From Acidobacteriota bacterium (GTDB lineage Bacteria; Acidobacteriota; Thermoanaerobaculia; Multivoradales; UBA5704), in assembly GCA_046765915.1 (NCBI GenBank), contig JBKPTH010000063.1, forward strand, positions 4,009 through 68,008: a stretch of DNA of 64,000 nt, in the 5' to 3' direction. Made by a program: the position numbers and the translations under genes. The notes below the pieces were generated by a model. It saw only the letters and a program-made list of their open reading frames with translations, did not search any database and was not told where the DNA came from. Below are positions 47,862-57,313 of the stretch, one piece after another (the stretch's first letter is position 1; each line of letters begins with the position of its first letter).

Positions 47862-48401
47862 ATGAAGAGAATCGCGATCGCGGCGATCGCCGGCGGAGTC
47901 ATCATCTTCCTCTGGAGCTTCATCTCCCACATGCTGCTCCCCCTCGGGACCATGGGCTTCAGCGCGCTGCCCAACGAGACGGCGGTGCTCGAGGCGCTCA
48001 AGACCTCGATCCCCCAGCCCGGCCTGTACATCTTCCCGAACCCCGCGACGCGGCCGCCCGGACCCACGGATACGCGACCAGCGGGGCTCCTGGTCTTCCA
48101 CCCGGAAGGCGGCTGGGACATCTCGCCCGGGCGGCTCGGGAATGAGCTCCTCAGCAACGTGTTGGCCGCCGCCGTCGCCGCCTGGATCGCTTCTCTGCTA
48201 GCTGCGGCCTATGGCCGACGGGTGCTGGCGATCGCGCTCCTCGGGATCTTCGGATGGCTGTCGCTGATCGTCAGTTACTGGATCTGGTACGGATTCCCGG
48301 CGCCTTACATCCTCGGCGAGGGGATCAACGAGGTCGTGGGCTGGTTCCTCGCTGGCCTGTCGATCGCGAAGATCGTGCCCCCGGCGGGGGCGGCCACGTA
48401 G
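47862..48401 (+). CDS. Integral membrane protein (4 TM), hypothetical
   Basis: GGAGGA SD 5 nt before the ATG. Hydrophobic segments. Confidence 0.55.
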   Translation: MKRIAIAAIAGGVIIFLWSFISHMLLPLGTMGFSALPNETAVLEALKTSIPQPGLYIFPNPATRPPGPTDTRPAGLLVFHPEGGWDISPGRLGNELLSNVLAAAVAAWIASLLAAAYGRRVLAIALLGIFGWLSLIVSYWIWYGFPAPYILGEGINEVVGWFLAGLSIAKIVPPAGAAT

Positions 48402-48440
48402 GACCGCCCCACAGCATCGCCGAGCTCGGCGTGCCGAAAC

Positions 48441-48743
48441 TCATAGCGGGGGTCCATTGCCGCGCCTTACGTGCCACAGAGCCAAGATCTCTACTGTGTC
48501 TTCATCCACGAGGTGATAGTAGAGATGGTAGTGAATACGGAGGAGGTGAAAACGCCGCACACCCCGAATTGGAACATCGAGCGCCTGCGTGCCAACGCCC
48601 GGTCGCATCGTGATGAGTTCCAAGCCGCGATCCAACTCCTGTCGGAACAAGCCTTGCGCGGCCGGACGATTTTTGAGCCACCACCTGGCGGCTTCACGAA
48701 TCTGGCGCTGCGTAGTGGCGGTGAACTGCAGCCGAAGCGGCAA
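48441..48743 (-). CDS. parE: ParE/RelE-family toxin
   Basis: RIHYHLYYHLVDEDTVEILALWHVRR matches the ParE C-terminal pattern. Confidence 0.75.
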   Translation of the reverse strand: MPLRLQFTATTQRQIREAARWWLKNRPAAQGLFRQELDRGLELITMRPGVGTQALDVPIRGVRRFHLLRIHYHLYYHLVDEDTVEILALWHVRRGNGPPL

Positions 48744-48745
48744 GC

Positions 48746-48967
48746 TCAGTCCTCGATCTCCTTGAGAAACTGCCAGCCATCTACGACCTCACCGCGTCGA
48801 CCCTCGGCAATCGATTCGAGCAGAAGAGCTTGATCCTCCGGTGAGAGCCTGAAGCCTTCTTCCTCATCATCCTCAGGAACCAGAAGGGTAACCGTCGCGC
48901 CTTCCTCAAGGCTCCCCTCAGGCACGTCCAACCGGCCGTCGACGACTTTCGCGCTAAAGACTTTCAT
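48746..48967 (-). CDS. Antitoxin (ParD/Phd-like) upstream of ParE
   Basis: 73 aa, acidic. 2-nt gap to toxin. Confidence 0.55.
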   Translation of the reverse strand: MKVFSAKVVDGRLDVPEGSLEEGATVTLLVPEDDEEEGFRLSPEDQALLLESIAEGRRGEVVDGWQFLKEIED

Positions 48968-49040
48968 ACCGCTATTCTACTCGATGAGACGGTGTAGGGG
49001 CACAGCATGCTGCGCCCCTACGATCCTGCGGAGTAACGTC

Positions 49041-52000
49041 CTACCGCGGAGCCCCGCCCTTCGGAATCGGCGGCACCGTCACTTTCTTCGGCGGATTCTT
49101 CTGCAGCGCCTCCATGAGGACCTCGATGCCTTTCGCCAGCGTCGGGTCTTCGCCGCGGGCCAGCGCGTCGGGCCGGTCTACGATCTCGATGTCCGGCGCC
49201 ACGCCTTCGTTCTCCACCCCCCACTGGCCTTGCGGGGTCATGAAGCGGAACGTCGGCACGGTGAGTGATCCTCCGTCCACCAGCCCCGGGCTGCCCGAGA
49301 TGCCGATCAGGCCGCCCCAGGTGCGCGTGCCGATCAGCGGCCCCAGGCCGAGCTCGCGGAAGTAGAACGGGAAGGCGTCGCCGCCCGAGCCTGCCTGGCC
49401 GTTGATCAGAGTCACCTTGGGACCCGTGTTGACGAAGGTCGGAGTCGGGTTCGGCTGCCCGTCGCGGGTCACCCAGTAGTTGACCAGCGGCCGGCTGATC
49501 AGCGCGATCATGCGGTCGGGGATGAAGCCGCCGCCGTTGTAACGGTCGTCGAGGATCAGCGCGTCCTTGTGCGACATGGGGTAGAAGTACTTGAACAGCT
49601 CGCGATTGCCTTCCACCGCCGTGTTCGGCAGGTGGATGTAGCCGATGCGGCCGCCGGAGGCCTTCTCGACCTTGGCGCGGGTGGCCAGCACCCAGTCCAG
49701 GTAGCGCAGGTTCTGCTCGCTGCTCACCGGCCGCACCAGCTCCTCGCGCGCTCCCTCACGCGAAGGCTTGCCGTTGACCAACAGGGTGACCACGCGGTCC
49801 GCCTTGTTCTCCAGCAACCGGTAGAAGTTGTCGACCTTGTCGGTGGGCTGGCCGTCCACCGCCAGGATGAGCTCGCCTTCCTCGACGTGGACCCCCGGCT
49901 CGGTGAGCGGCGAGCGGAAGTCGGGATGCCAGTTCTCGCCCGGGAAGATGTGGGCGACGCGGAAGTAGCCCGACTTGTCGGCTTCGATCTCCGCTCCCAG
50001 CAGGCCGCCCTCGACCCGCGCGGGTCCGGCATCGTTGCCCGACTGCACGTAGGCGTGACCGGCCGAAAGCTCGCCGCCGAGCTGGGCGAGGACGAAATCG
50101 AGATCGGCGCGGGTGGCGACGTAGGGGACGAGCTCGGCGTAGCGGTCGCGCATCGCCTGCCAGTCGAGCCCGTGCATGGCCGGGTCGTAGAACCAGTCGC
50201 GCGTGATGCGCCAGGCGTCGGTGAACATCTGCTTCCACTCGGCGCGCGGCTCGACGCGCATCTGCAGGTTGTCGAGCGCCAGCTTGCCGTCGCCCGCCTT
50301 CTGGCCCGGCTTGGGATCGATGATGCCGTAGGTCTCCTGCCCCTGGCGGTAGAGGATCTTCTTGCCGTCGGCGGAGAGGTCGTAGCCCGCCGTCCGGTCG
50401 AGGATGGTGTCCTCCTTCCGCTCCTTGAGGCTGAACATCTTGAGCGCCAGCGGGCCGTCGCCGTTGTTGAAGCGGTAGAAGATGGCGTCGGCGCCGACAG
50501 CAAGGTTCTGGTAGTTGCCCGAAGGGCCGGGGATGGCCCGCACCCGCTGCTCGAAACCGTCGAAATCCACCCTCACCCGCACCGGCGCCTTCTTCGCGGC
50601 GTCGGGCTTCTCCTCTCCCTCCGCTCCGCCGGCGGCCTTTTTGGGCTTCCCTTCGGCGTCGGCGATGCGGACAGAGGGCGGCGCCTCCTTGGACGGCGCC
50701 TCCTCGTCGCTCTCCGGCAGGAAGAGGGCCGGGCCCGCCTCGGCCAGCACGCCGACGTAGACCCGCGTGGGGTTGGTGTAGACGTAGTCGAACTCGTAGC
50801 CGCTGAACGTCAGGTTGAAGTCGCGGTTGGAGAGGAAGTAGAGATAGCGGCCGTCCGGCGACCAGGTCGGTTCCGCCTCGGCGGTGAGGTCGCTGGTGAG
50901 CTGCCGGGCCTTGTCCTCGTCGAGCGCGTAGAGCCAGATCGACGGCATCTGCGTCTCGCCGACCTTGGTGTAGGCCAGCCAGCGGCTGTCGGGCGACCAC
51001 TTGTAATCCGTGATGTCACCCCGGATGGACTGGTCCGCCTCCTTCACCTTGCCGGAGGCCACGTCCACCCATTGCAGCTTGCGGTTCTTGTCGCTGAAGG
51101 CGAGCTTCCTCGAATCAGGGGACCACGAGGGCGGGAAACGCCAGATCCTGCCGTCGGTGGTGACGCGCCGTTCCTGCCCCGAGCCGTCGGCGGGGCGGAC
51201 GTAGACCTCGTACTCGCCCGTGCGGTCGGAGAGATAGGCGATCCAGCGGCCGTCCGGCGACCAGGCGGCGTCCATCTCCCGCACGCCGGGCGATTCGGTG
51301 AGGTTGCGGATCTCGCCCTTCTCCGCCGGCACGCTGAAAACGTCGCCGCGGGCCGTCAGCAGCGCCCGCTTGCCGGTGGGCGAGATCGTCATCGCGTCGA
51401 CGTCGGCGGTGACGTTCTTGAAATAGGGCAGGGTATGGGGAAGGTCGCTCTCGACGTGGATGGAGACCTTGCCGCTCTTCCCGGCCGCCGGATCGAGCAG
51501 GTAGATCCAGCCGCCGTTCTCGTAGACGATGCGGCTGCCGTCGCCGCTCGGCCAGAGCGCGTCGAAGACGTCATGGCTCGTCACCTTGCGGGTGGCCTTG
51601 GTGGCGGGATCCCAGGCGAAGAGGTTGATGACGCGGTCGCGGTTGGAGGCGAAGTAGATGGTGTCGCCGATCCACACCGGCTGCTCGTCGATCGCGGGGT
51701 TGTCGGTGATCTGCTCCGCCGCGTTCGTCTTGAGGTTGTAGATCCAGATGTCCGAGGCGCGGCCGCCGTAGTAGCGCTTCCACTCGCGCCACTCGTTCAT
51801 CACCGGCGCGAAGGCGAAGCGGGTGCCGTCGGCGGAGAGGCTGCCGACCGAGCTCTCCTTGAGCGGCAAGGGCGTCTCCATGCCGCCGGCGGCCGGCACC
51901 AGGTACGGCCGGGCGATGCGCTCGCTCCACGGCACGCGGTGGGCGAGGAAGAGCACCTGCTTGCCGTCCGGCGTCCAGTCGATCACCTGGTGGTCCACGC

Positions 52001-52352
52001 CGCCGCGGTATGGCAGCGGGCCGATGTCGTTGTGGAAGGTGAGCTGGCGCGGCATGCCGCCGTCGACGCTGATGACGTAGACCTGGCGGGTGCCGGTGTA
52101 CTGGCCGGTGAAGGCGATCGAGCGCCCGTCCGGCGAGAACTTGGGAAACAGCTCCTCCCCGAGATCCGAGGTCAGGCGGCGCGCCGGGCCGCCGCCGGCG
52201 CCGGCCAGCCAGATGTCGCCGCCGTAGACGAACGCGATGGTGTCCTTGTAGATGTCGGGGTAGCGCAGCAGGCGCGTCTCTCCCGCCGCCTGCGCGCCGG
52301 CGAGCACCGGCAGGAGCAGCAGGAGGGCCGCCATCCAGATCGATTTACGCAC
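49041..52352 (-). CDS. Tricorn protease homolog (S41 peptidase with beta-propellers and PDZ)
   Basis: Signal peptide, TolB-like WSPDG repeats, PDZ, C-terminal S41 (LILDDRYNGGG...GTRTWGG). Confidence 0.85.
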   Translation of the reverse strand: MRKSIWMAALLLLLPVLAGAQAAGETRLLRYPDIYKDTIAFVYGGDIWLAGAGGGPARRLTSDLGEELFPKFSPDGRSIAFTGQYTGTRQVYVISVDGGMPRQLTFHNDIGPLPYRGGVDHQVIDWTPDGKQVLFLAHRVPWSERIARPYLVPAAGGMETPLPLKESSVGSLSADGTRFAFAPVMNEWREWKRYYGGRASDIWIYNLKTNAAEQITDNPAIDEQPVWIGDTIYFASNRDRVINLFAWDPATKATRKVTSHDVFDALWPSGDGSRIVYENGGWIYLLDPAAGKSGKVSIHVESDLPHTLPYFKNVTADVDAMTISPTGKRALLTARGDVFSVPAEKGEIRNLTESPGVREMDAAWSPDGRWIAYLSDRTGEYEVYVRPADGSGQERRVTTDGRIWRFPPSWSPDSRKLAFSDKNRKLQWVDVASGKVKEADQSIRGDITDYKWSPDSRWLAYTKVGETQMPSIWLYALDEDKARQLTSDLTAEAEPTWSPDGRYLYFLSNRDFNLTFSGYEFDYVYTNPTRVYVGVLAEAGPALFLPESDEEAPSKEAPPSVRIADAEGKPKKAAGGAEGEEKPDAAKKAPVRVRVDFDGFEQRVRAIPGPSGNYQNLAVGADAIFYRFNNGDGPLALKMFSLKERKEDTILDRTAGYDLSADGKKILYRQGQETYGIIDPKPGQKAGDGKLALDNLQMRVEPRAEWKQMFTDAWRITRDWFYDPAMHGLDWQAMRDRYAELVPYVATRADLDFVLAQLGGELSAGHAYVQSGNDAGPARVEGGLLGAEIEADKSGYFRVAHIFPGENWHPDFRSPLTEPGVHVEEGELILAVDGQPTDKVDNFYRLLENKADRVVTLLVNGKPSREGAREELVRPVSSEQNLRYLDWVLATRAKVEKASGGRIGYIHLPNTAVEGNRELFKYFYPMSHKDALILDDRYNGGGFIPDRMIALISRPLVNYWVTRDGQPNPTPTFVNTGPKVTLINGQAGSGGDAFPFYFRELGLGPLIGTRTWGGLIGISGSPGLVDGGSLTVPTFRFMTPQGQWGVENEGVAPDIEIVDRPDALARGEDPTLAKGIEVLMEALQKNPPKKVTVPPIPKGGAPR

Positions 52353-52391
52353 AGAATCTCCTTTCCAAGACAGAGTCTCCCCGGTGAGGAT

Positions 52392-53477
52392 TTACGCGGA
52401 ATCGCGCTTTGAGTTTCCCGCCGCCGGCCCGCGCTCCAGGATCACGGTTTGCGTGGGATAGGCGAAGCCGATCCCTTCTTCCTCGAAAGCCCGCAGGAGG
52501 CCGAGGTTGATCGCCTGCTGGCGGTCCATGAAGGCGTTTAATTCGGGCGTCAGGATCCAGTAGGCCGCTTCGAAATCGAGCGAGGAGGCGCCGAAGCCTT
52601 TGAAGTGGGCGCGCTCGAAGCGGGTGAGGTCCTGCCGCTCGACGATTTCGCGCACCAGGCCCGGGATGCGCTCGATGGCGCCGGCCGGCGTCTGGTAGGG
52701 CACGCCGAAGGCGAGGACGACCCGGCGCTCGGCCATGCGCGTCCAGTTGCGGATGCGGCTCTTCAGCAGCTCGCCGTTGGCGAGCACGAGCTGCTCGCCC
52801 GAGGCGCTGCGCAGCCGGGTGGTCTTCATGCCGATGCTCTCGACCGTGCCCATGAGGTCGTCGACGGTGATGCTGTCGCCGATCACGAAGGGCTTGTCGA
52901 AGACGATGGAGAGGGAGGCGAAGAGGTCGCCCAGCACGTTCTGCAGCGCCAGCGCCACCGCCACGCCGCCGATGCCCAGGCCGGCCACCAGGGTGGTGAC
53001 GTCGACGCCCAGGTTGTCCAGCGCCAGCAGCAGGATGACCGACCAGAGGACGATCTTGGCGGTGAAGCGGAGCACACCCAGCAGGGCGGCCGACGTGGCG
53101 TCCTGCTCCAGCCGCCGGCGCTGCCGGTGCGCCATCCAGAAGTCGATGCCCACCGACGCCCAGAGGGCGACCTGGAGGAAGACGGCGAGGGCGGCGGCCC
53201 CCTTGAGGAAGCGCGCCGCGGCAGCCGGCAGGTGGAGGTAGAGGCTGCCGAGATAGGCCGCCGGCACGGCCACCAGCAGGGTGCGGGTGCGCCGCGCCAG
53301 CGCGATGGCGAAGTCGTCGAGCTGCGTCGCCGTCCGTTCCGCGAGCGCTCCCAGGCGGCGGACGGCGAGCCGCTTCAGCAGCAGGAGGGCCAGCAGGACG
53401 ACGACCGCGAGGCCGAGCGCCGCCAGCCAGTCGAGCAGCCGGTCGCCCAGCAGGATGGTGGTCTCGAGCCAGCGCAT
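52392..53477 (-). CDS. Mechanosensitive ion channel, MscS family
   Basis: TM helices followed by [25 protein letters not shown] (MscS beta domain). Confidence 0.85.
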   Translation of the reverse strand: MRWLETTILLGDRLLDWLAALGLAVVVLLALLLLKRLAVRRLGALAERTATQLDDFAIALARRTRTLLVAVPAAYLGSLYLHLPAAAARFLKGAAALAVFLQVALWASVGIDFWMAHRQRRRLEQDATSAALLGVLRFTAKIVLWSVILLLALDNLGVDVTTLVAGLGIGGVAVALALQNVLGDLFASLSIVFDKPFVIGDSITVDDLMGTVESIGMKTTRLRSASGEQLVLANGELLKSRIRNWTRMAERRVVLAFGVPYQTPAGAIERIPGLVREIVERQDLTRFERAHFKGFGASSLDFEAAYWILTPELNAFMDRQQAINLGLLRAFEEEGIGFAYPTQTVILERGPAAGNSKRDSA

Positions 53478-53602
53478 GCGGAGGAGGCGTCAGAAGAAGC
53501 GGGGTCCAGTGGCGCCGAAGCCGCCGGGGGTTGCGGCGGCCGGGCAAGAATGCTATCACTCCCGTCGCCTCGAACCTCCATCCCGGGCAAGGAAACCATC
53601 TC

Positions 53603-55021
53603 ATGGCCAACCAGCACATCAGCTTTTTCGAGCAGGTGAACCGCAACTTCGACCGCGCGGCGGCGCTCACCAGCCACCATTCCGGCCTGCTCTCCATCAT
53701 CAAGGCGTGCAACAGCATCTATCACTTCACCTTCCCCCTGGAGCGGGACAACGGCGACGTGGAGGTGATCCACGCCTGGCGGGCCGAGCACAGCCATCAC
53801 AAGCTGCCCACCAAGGGCGGCATCCGCTACAGCCTCGACGTCAACGAGGACGAGGTGATGGCGCTGGCGGCGCTGATGACCTACAAGTGCGCGGTGGTCG
53901 ACGTGCCTTTCGGCGGCGCCAAAGGCGGCATCAAGATCGACAGCAAGAAATACAGCAAGGACGAGCTGGAGCGGATCACCCGCCGTTATACCTTCGAGCT
54001 GGTGAAGAAGAACTTCATCGGCGCCGGCATCGACGTGCCGGCCCCGGACTTCGGCACCGGCGCCCGGGAGATGGCGTGGATCGTGGACACCTTTACGGCG
54101 CTGGCTCCCGACAAGCTGGACGGTCCGGCGTGCGTCACCGGCAAGCCGCTCGCCCAGGGCGGCATCCGCGGCCGGGCCGAGGCGACGGGCCGGGGCGTGG
54201 CCATCGTCACCTGCGAGGCCTGCAACGTGGCGGAGGACATGAAAGCGCTCGGCCTGACCCCCGGGCTCGCAGGCAAGCGGGTCATCGTGCAGGGGCTCGG
54301 CAACGTCGGCCACAACGCCGCCAAGTTCCTGGAGGAACAGGGAGCGGTGCTGGTAGGCCTGGTGGAGTACGAGGGGGCGATCTACGATCCGAAGGGATTC
54401 GATTACGAGAAGGTCTGGGCCTACCGGCTGGAGACCAAGTCGCTGCGCGACTTCCCCGGCGCCACCAACTTCTCCAACCGCCTGGAAGGGCTGGAGCAGG
54501 AGTGCGACATCCTGGTGCCGGCGGCGCTGGAGAATCAGATCACGGCCGAGAACGCGCCGCGCATCAAGGCGCGCATGATCGTCGAAGGGGCCAACGGCCC
54601 GGTCACCAGCGACGCGAGCGAGATGCTGGAGCAGCGGGGCGTGCTCATCATCCCGGACCATTACGCCAACGCCGGCGGCGTGCTGGTCTCCTACTTCGAG
54701 TGGCTGAAGAACCTCTCGCACGTCCGCTTCGGGCGCATGGAGAAGCGCTTCGAGGAGCAGGCCTTCCGGCGCATCCTGAAGACCGTGGAGCGCAAGACCC
54801 AGGGGACTTTCAGCGAGGAGGAGATCGCCGACGCCTCGCAGGGCGCCGACGAGCTGGACCTCGTCAACTCCGGCCTCGAGGACACCATGGTGACGGCCTA
54901 CCACCGGCTGCGCGACATCCGCAACAAGCACGCCGGCAAGGCGGACCTCCGCACCGCCGCCTTCATCGACGCGATCGACAAGATCGCCGTCTGCTACCAG
55001 GATCTGGGGATCTTCCCCTAG
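53603..55021 (+). CDS. gdhA: Glutamate dehydrogenase (Glu/Leu/Phe/Val DH family)
   Basis: KGGIRYS...[13 protein letters not shown]...GLGNVG. Confidence 0.88.
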   Translation: MANQHISFFEQVNRNFDRAAALTSHHSGLLSIIKACNSIYHFTFPLERDNGDVEVIHAWRAEHSHHKLPTKGGIRYSLDVNEDEVMALAALMTYKCAVVDVPFGGAKGGIKIDSKKYSKDELERITRRYTFELVKKNFIGAGIDVPAPDFGTGAREMAWIVDTFTALAPDKLDGPACVTGKPLAQGGIRGRAEATGRGVAIVTCEACNVAEDMKALGLTPGLAGKRVIVQGLGNVGHNAAKFLEEQGAVLVGLVEYEGAIYDPKGFDYEKVWAYRLETKSLRDFPGATNFSNRLEGLEQECDILVPAALENQITAENAPRIKARMIVEGANGPVTSDASEMLEQRGVLIIPDHYANAGGVLVSYFEWLKNLSHVRFGRMEKRFEEQAFRRILKTVERKTQGTFSEEEIADASQGADELDLVNSGLEDTMVTAYHRLRDIRNKHAGKADLRTAAFIDAIDKIAVCYQDLGIFP

Positions 55022-55608
55022 GCCCGCGACAGCCGGTTGAGACTTGCCCGCAGCAGCTCGTTGAAGGCGGCCTCGGGCTTCTCGCGGCGGGTGTCGGCGA
55101 CGGCGCGCTCGGCCAGGCTGGCCTTGTACCCGAGGTTGACCAAGGCGGAGACGACGTCGTGATCGGCGGGCGCGGCGGCCTTCTCGGGGAGCTCGGCGGC
55201 GAGCTCGCGCATCTTCTCCCGCAGCTCCAGCACCATCCTTTCGGCGGTCTTCTTGCCGACGCCGGGGATCGTCGCCAGGCGGCCGAGGTCGCCGCCGGCG
55301 ATGGCACCCAGGAGGTCGTCCGGCGGCATGCCCGAGAGGATCACCCGCGCCAGGCGCGGGCCGATACCGGAGACCGCGATCAGGCGCTCGAAGAGCAGCT
55401 TCTCGCGCTCGGTCCAGAAGCCGAAGAGGGCGATGCCGTCCTCGCGCAGATGGGTGTAGATGAACAGTTGGAGGCGCTCGTTCGGCCGGCGCTCGATCTC
55501 GTACCAGGTGGAGAGCGAGATCTGCACCTCATAGCCCACTCCTCCGACGTCGAGAAGCAGGCGCTCCGGCGTGGCGCGGATCAGGTTGCCCTGCAGATAG
55601 CCAATCAT
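55018..55608 (-). CDS. ruvA: Holliday junction branch migration protein RuvA
   Basis: MIGYLQGNL...GVGYEV...[11 protein letters not shown]...[12 protein letters not shown] (HhH motifs). Confidence 0.88.
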   Translation of the reverse strand: MIGYLQGNLIRATPERLLLDVGGVGYEVQISLSTWYEIERRPNERLQLFIYTHLREDGIALFGFWTEREKLLFERLIAVSGIGPRLARVILSGMPPDDLLGAIAGGDLGRLATIPGVGKKTAERMVLELREKMRELAAELPEKAAAPADHDVVSALVNLGYKASLAERAVADTRREKPEAAFNELLRASLNRLSRA

Positions 55609-55671
55609 CCGGCGGGGATTCTAGTACGCGTAGGGGCGCAGCAGGCTGCGCCCCTACCGAGGCTGTCTCGA

Positions 55672-57153
55672 CTACGGGCAGGCGAAGGCGTTCGTGTCCA
55701 TCACCGTACGGAAGGGCTGGCCCGCCGGGTTGGTGTACGTCTTGGTCGCATTGGCCTGTGTGTCGGTCACCGTGATGTCGACGCGGACGTTGGTCATGCC
55801 GCCGGCGAAGACCCAGAAGCGGCCGTTGGCATTGCAACTGTTGAGGATCTTGACCGTCAGCTCGACATTATCGGGAGACAAGAAGTAGAAGGCGCCGCTC
55901 GCTTCGGTGAGACTGATGGCCTGGGCAGGGCTGACCGTGCGGCCTCGCCGCCAGGTGGCCGTCACCTTGAAACGGTCGTTGCTGAGGCAGAGCGTATTCC
56001 CGCCCGCGACGCAGGCGGAGGTCACCTCGAAGGCGCCGATGTCGCAACGCGCGCCGGCCGGACGCGCGGTGCCCCGCTGGTCCGTGGCCTCGCAGGCGCC
56101 GCCTCCGGAACCAGGCGCCGCCGGATTGCCGGCGTCGATCGCCGGGCTGCCGGCGAGGAGCGCGCGGGTGGAGACCGGCCCGCCGTTCTTGGCCAGCGGA
56201 CCCACGAGCGGATTGATGAGGCTTCCCGGCGCGGCCACGAGATCGTGCCGGGCCGCCGAGGGACCCAGACAGCCGGCTCCGTTGCCGATCAGGTCATAGC
56301 CCGATTCGAGATCGCCGGCGCAATCCGGACTGGTAGAGGCGGTATTGCCGGCCACGATCGAGTTGGTGACGCTGGGCGGGAAGCCGACGAAGGCCGAGAC
56401 CTCGGCGAAAATCCCGCCGCCGCTGAGGCCCGCGGTGTTGCCGGCGATGGTGGCGTTGTTCACCGCCGCCCGGGCGTCGGCGAACACGTAGAGGCCGCCG
56501 CCGTGGTCGGCCACCGACCGGTTGCCGGAGACCGTGACGTTGCCGAGCTCCACCTCCCCGCCGGCGGCGATGGCTCCGCCCCCGCCCTGCGACGTGTTGC
56601 TGGCAAGAGTGCTGTCGGTCACGGTCAGCGACGAGCCCTGACCGTTCGTCAGGATGGCACCGCCGAAGCCGACGGTGCTGGAGTTGCCCGAGAGGACGCT
56701 GCGCAGGAGGGTCACCCCTCCCAGATTCAGGATGGCGCCGCCGGTCTGCGCCCGGCCGTTGCGCAGGGTCACGTCGCGCAACTCGAGCGTGAGGCCGCCG
56801 GGGATCTCGAAGATGCGGTCGATGCCGCCGCCGTCGATGATCGTGCTCGCCGCGTCGGCGCCGAGGATGATGAGATCGTCCTGCACGTCGAGGTCGCCGG
56901 TGGCGCCGAGGTTCTCGTTGCCCGCGAGCGACAGCACATAGACGCCCGGGCGCAGCAGGATGACGTCATCGCCGGGCTTGACGTTGGCGGCCAGCACCGC
57001 TTCGCGCAAGGAGCAGTCGGCGTTGCAGGCGCCGTCCGCGGTGTCGGCCGTCTTGGTGGGGATGTAGACCGCCGCGCTCGCGGCGGAGGTGGAAGCGGCC
57101 AGCGCCAGCAGGACGGCGGCCGCTTCAAGGGTACGGCGAAGACTGCGTTTCAT
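55672..57153 (-). CDS. CSLREA-domain / right-handed beta-helix secreted protein with the shared ~105-aa C-terminal domain
   Basis: Signal peptide. CSLREAVLAAN. Repeated G-rich beta-helix turns. C-terminus CVAGGNTLCLSNDRFKVTATW...VTDTQANATKTYTNPAGQPFRTVMDTNAFACP. Confidence 0.7.
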   Translation of the reverse strand: MKRSLRRTLEAAAVLLALAASTSAASAAVYIPTKTADTADGACNADCSLREAVLAANVKPGDDVILLRPGVYVLSLAGNENLGATGDLDVQDDLIILGADAASTIIDGGGIDRIFEIPGGLTLELRDVTLRNGRAQTGGAILNLGGVTLLRSVLSGNSSTVGFGGAILTNGQGSSLTVTDSTLASNTSQGGGGAIAAGGEVELGNVTVSGNRSVADHGGGLYVFADARAAVNNATIAGNTAGLSGGGIFAEVSAFVGFPPSVTNSIVAGNTASTSPDCAGDLESGYDLIGNGAGCLGPSAARHDLVAAPGSLINPLVGPLAKNGGPVSTRALLAGSPAIDAGNPAAPGSGGGACEATDQRGTARPAGARCDIGAFEVTSACVAGGNTLCLSNDRFKVTATWRRGRTVSPAQAISLTEASGAFYFLSPDNVELTVKILNSCNANGRFWVFAGGMTNVRVDITVTDTQANATKTYTNPAGQPFRTVMDTNAFACP

Positions 57154-57313
57154 GATCGTTCTCCTTCAGCTCTACGATCGGTTGGTTGAACCCCTCCAAG
57201 CTACATGAACGCGCGTTTCTGAATATGTCTACGGGGCATGAAATAAGGGCGTCTAGTAAGGAGCGGCTTCAAAACAGCCGATGCTAGACTCCCCTCCCGA
57301 TCTGGAGCCCTCG

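Noticed and set aside
49569-52412. 947-aa + ORF
   Set aside because: Antisense shadow of the tricorn protease gene.
53281-57189. 1302-aa + ORF and 53375..54931 minus ORF
   Set aside because: Composite shadow across the gdh, ruvA and CSLREA genes. No coherent protein.
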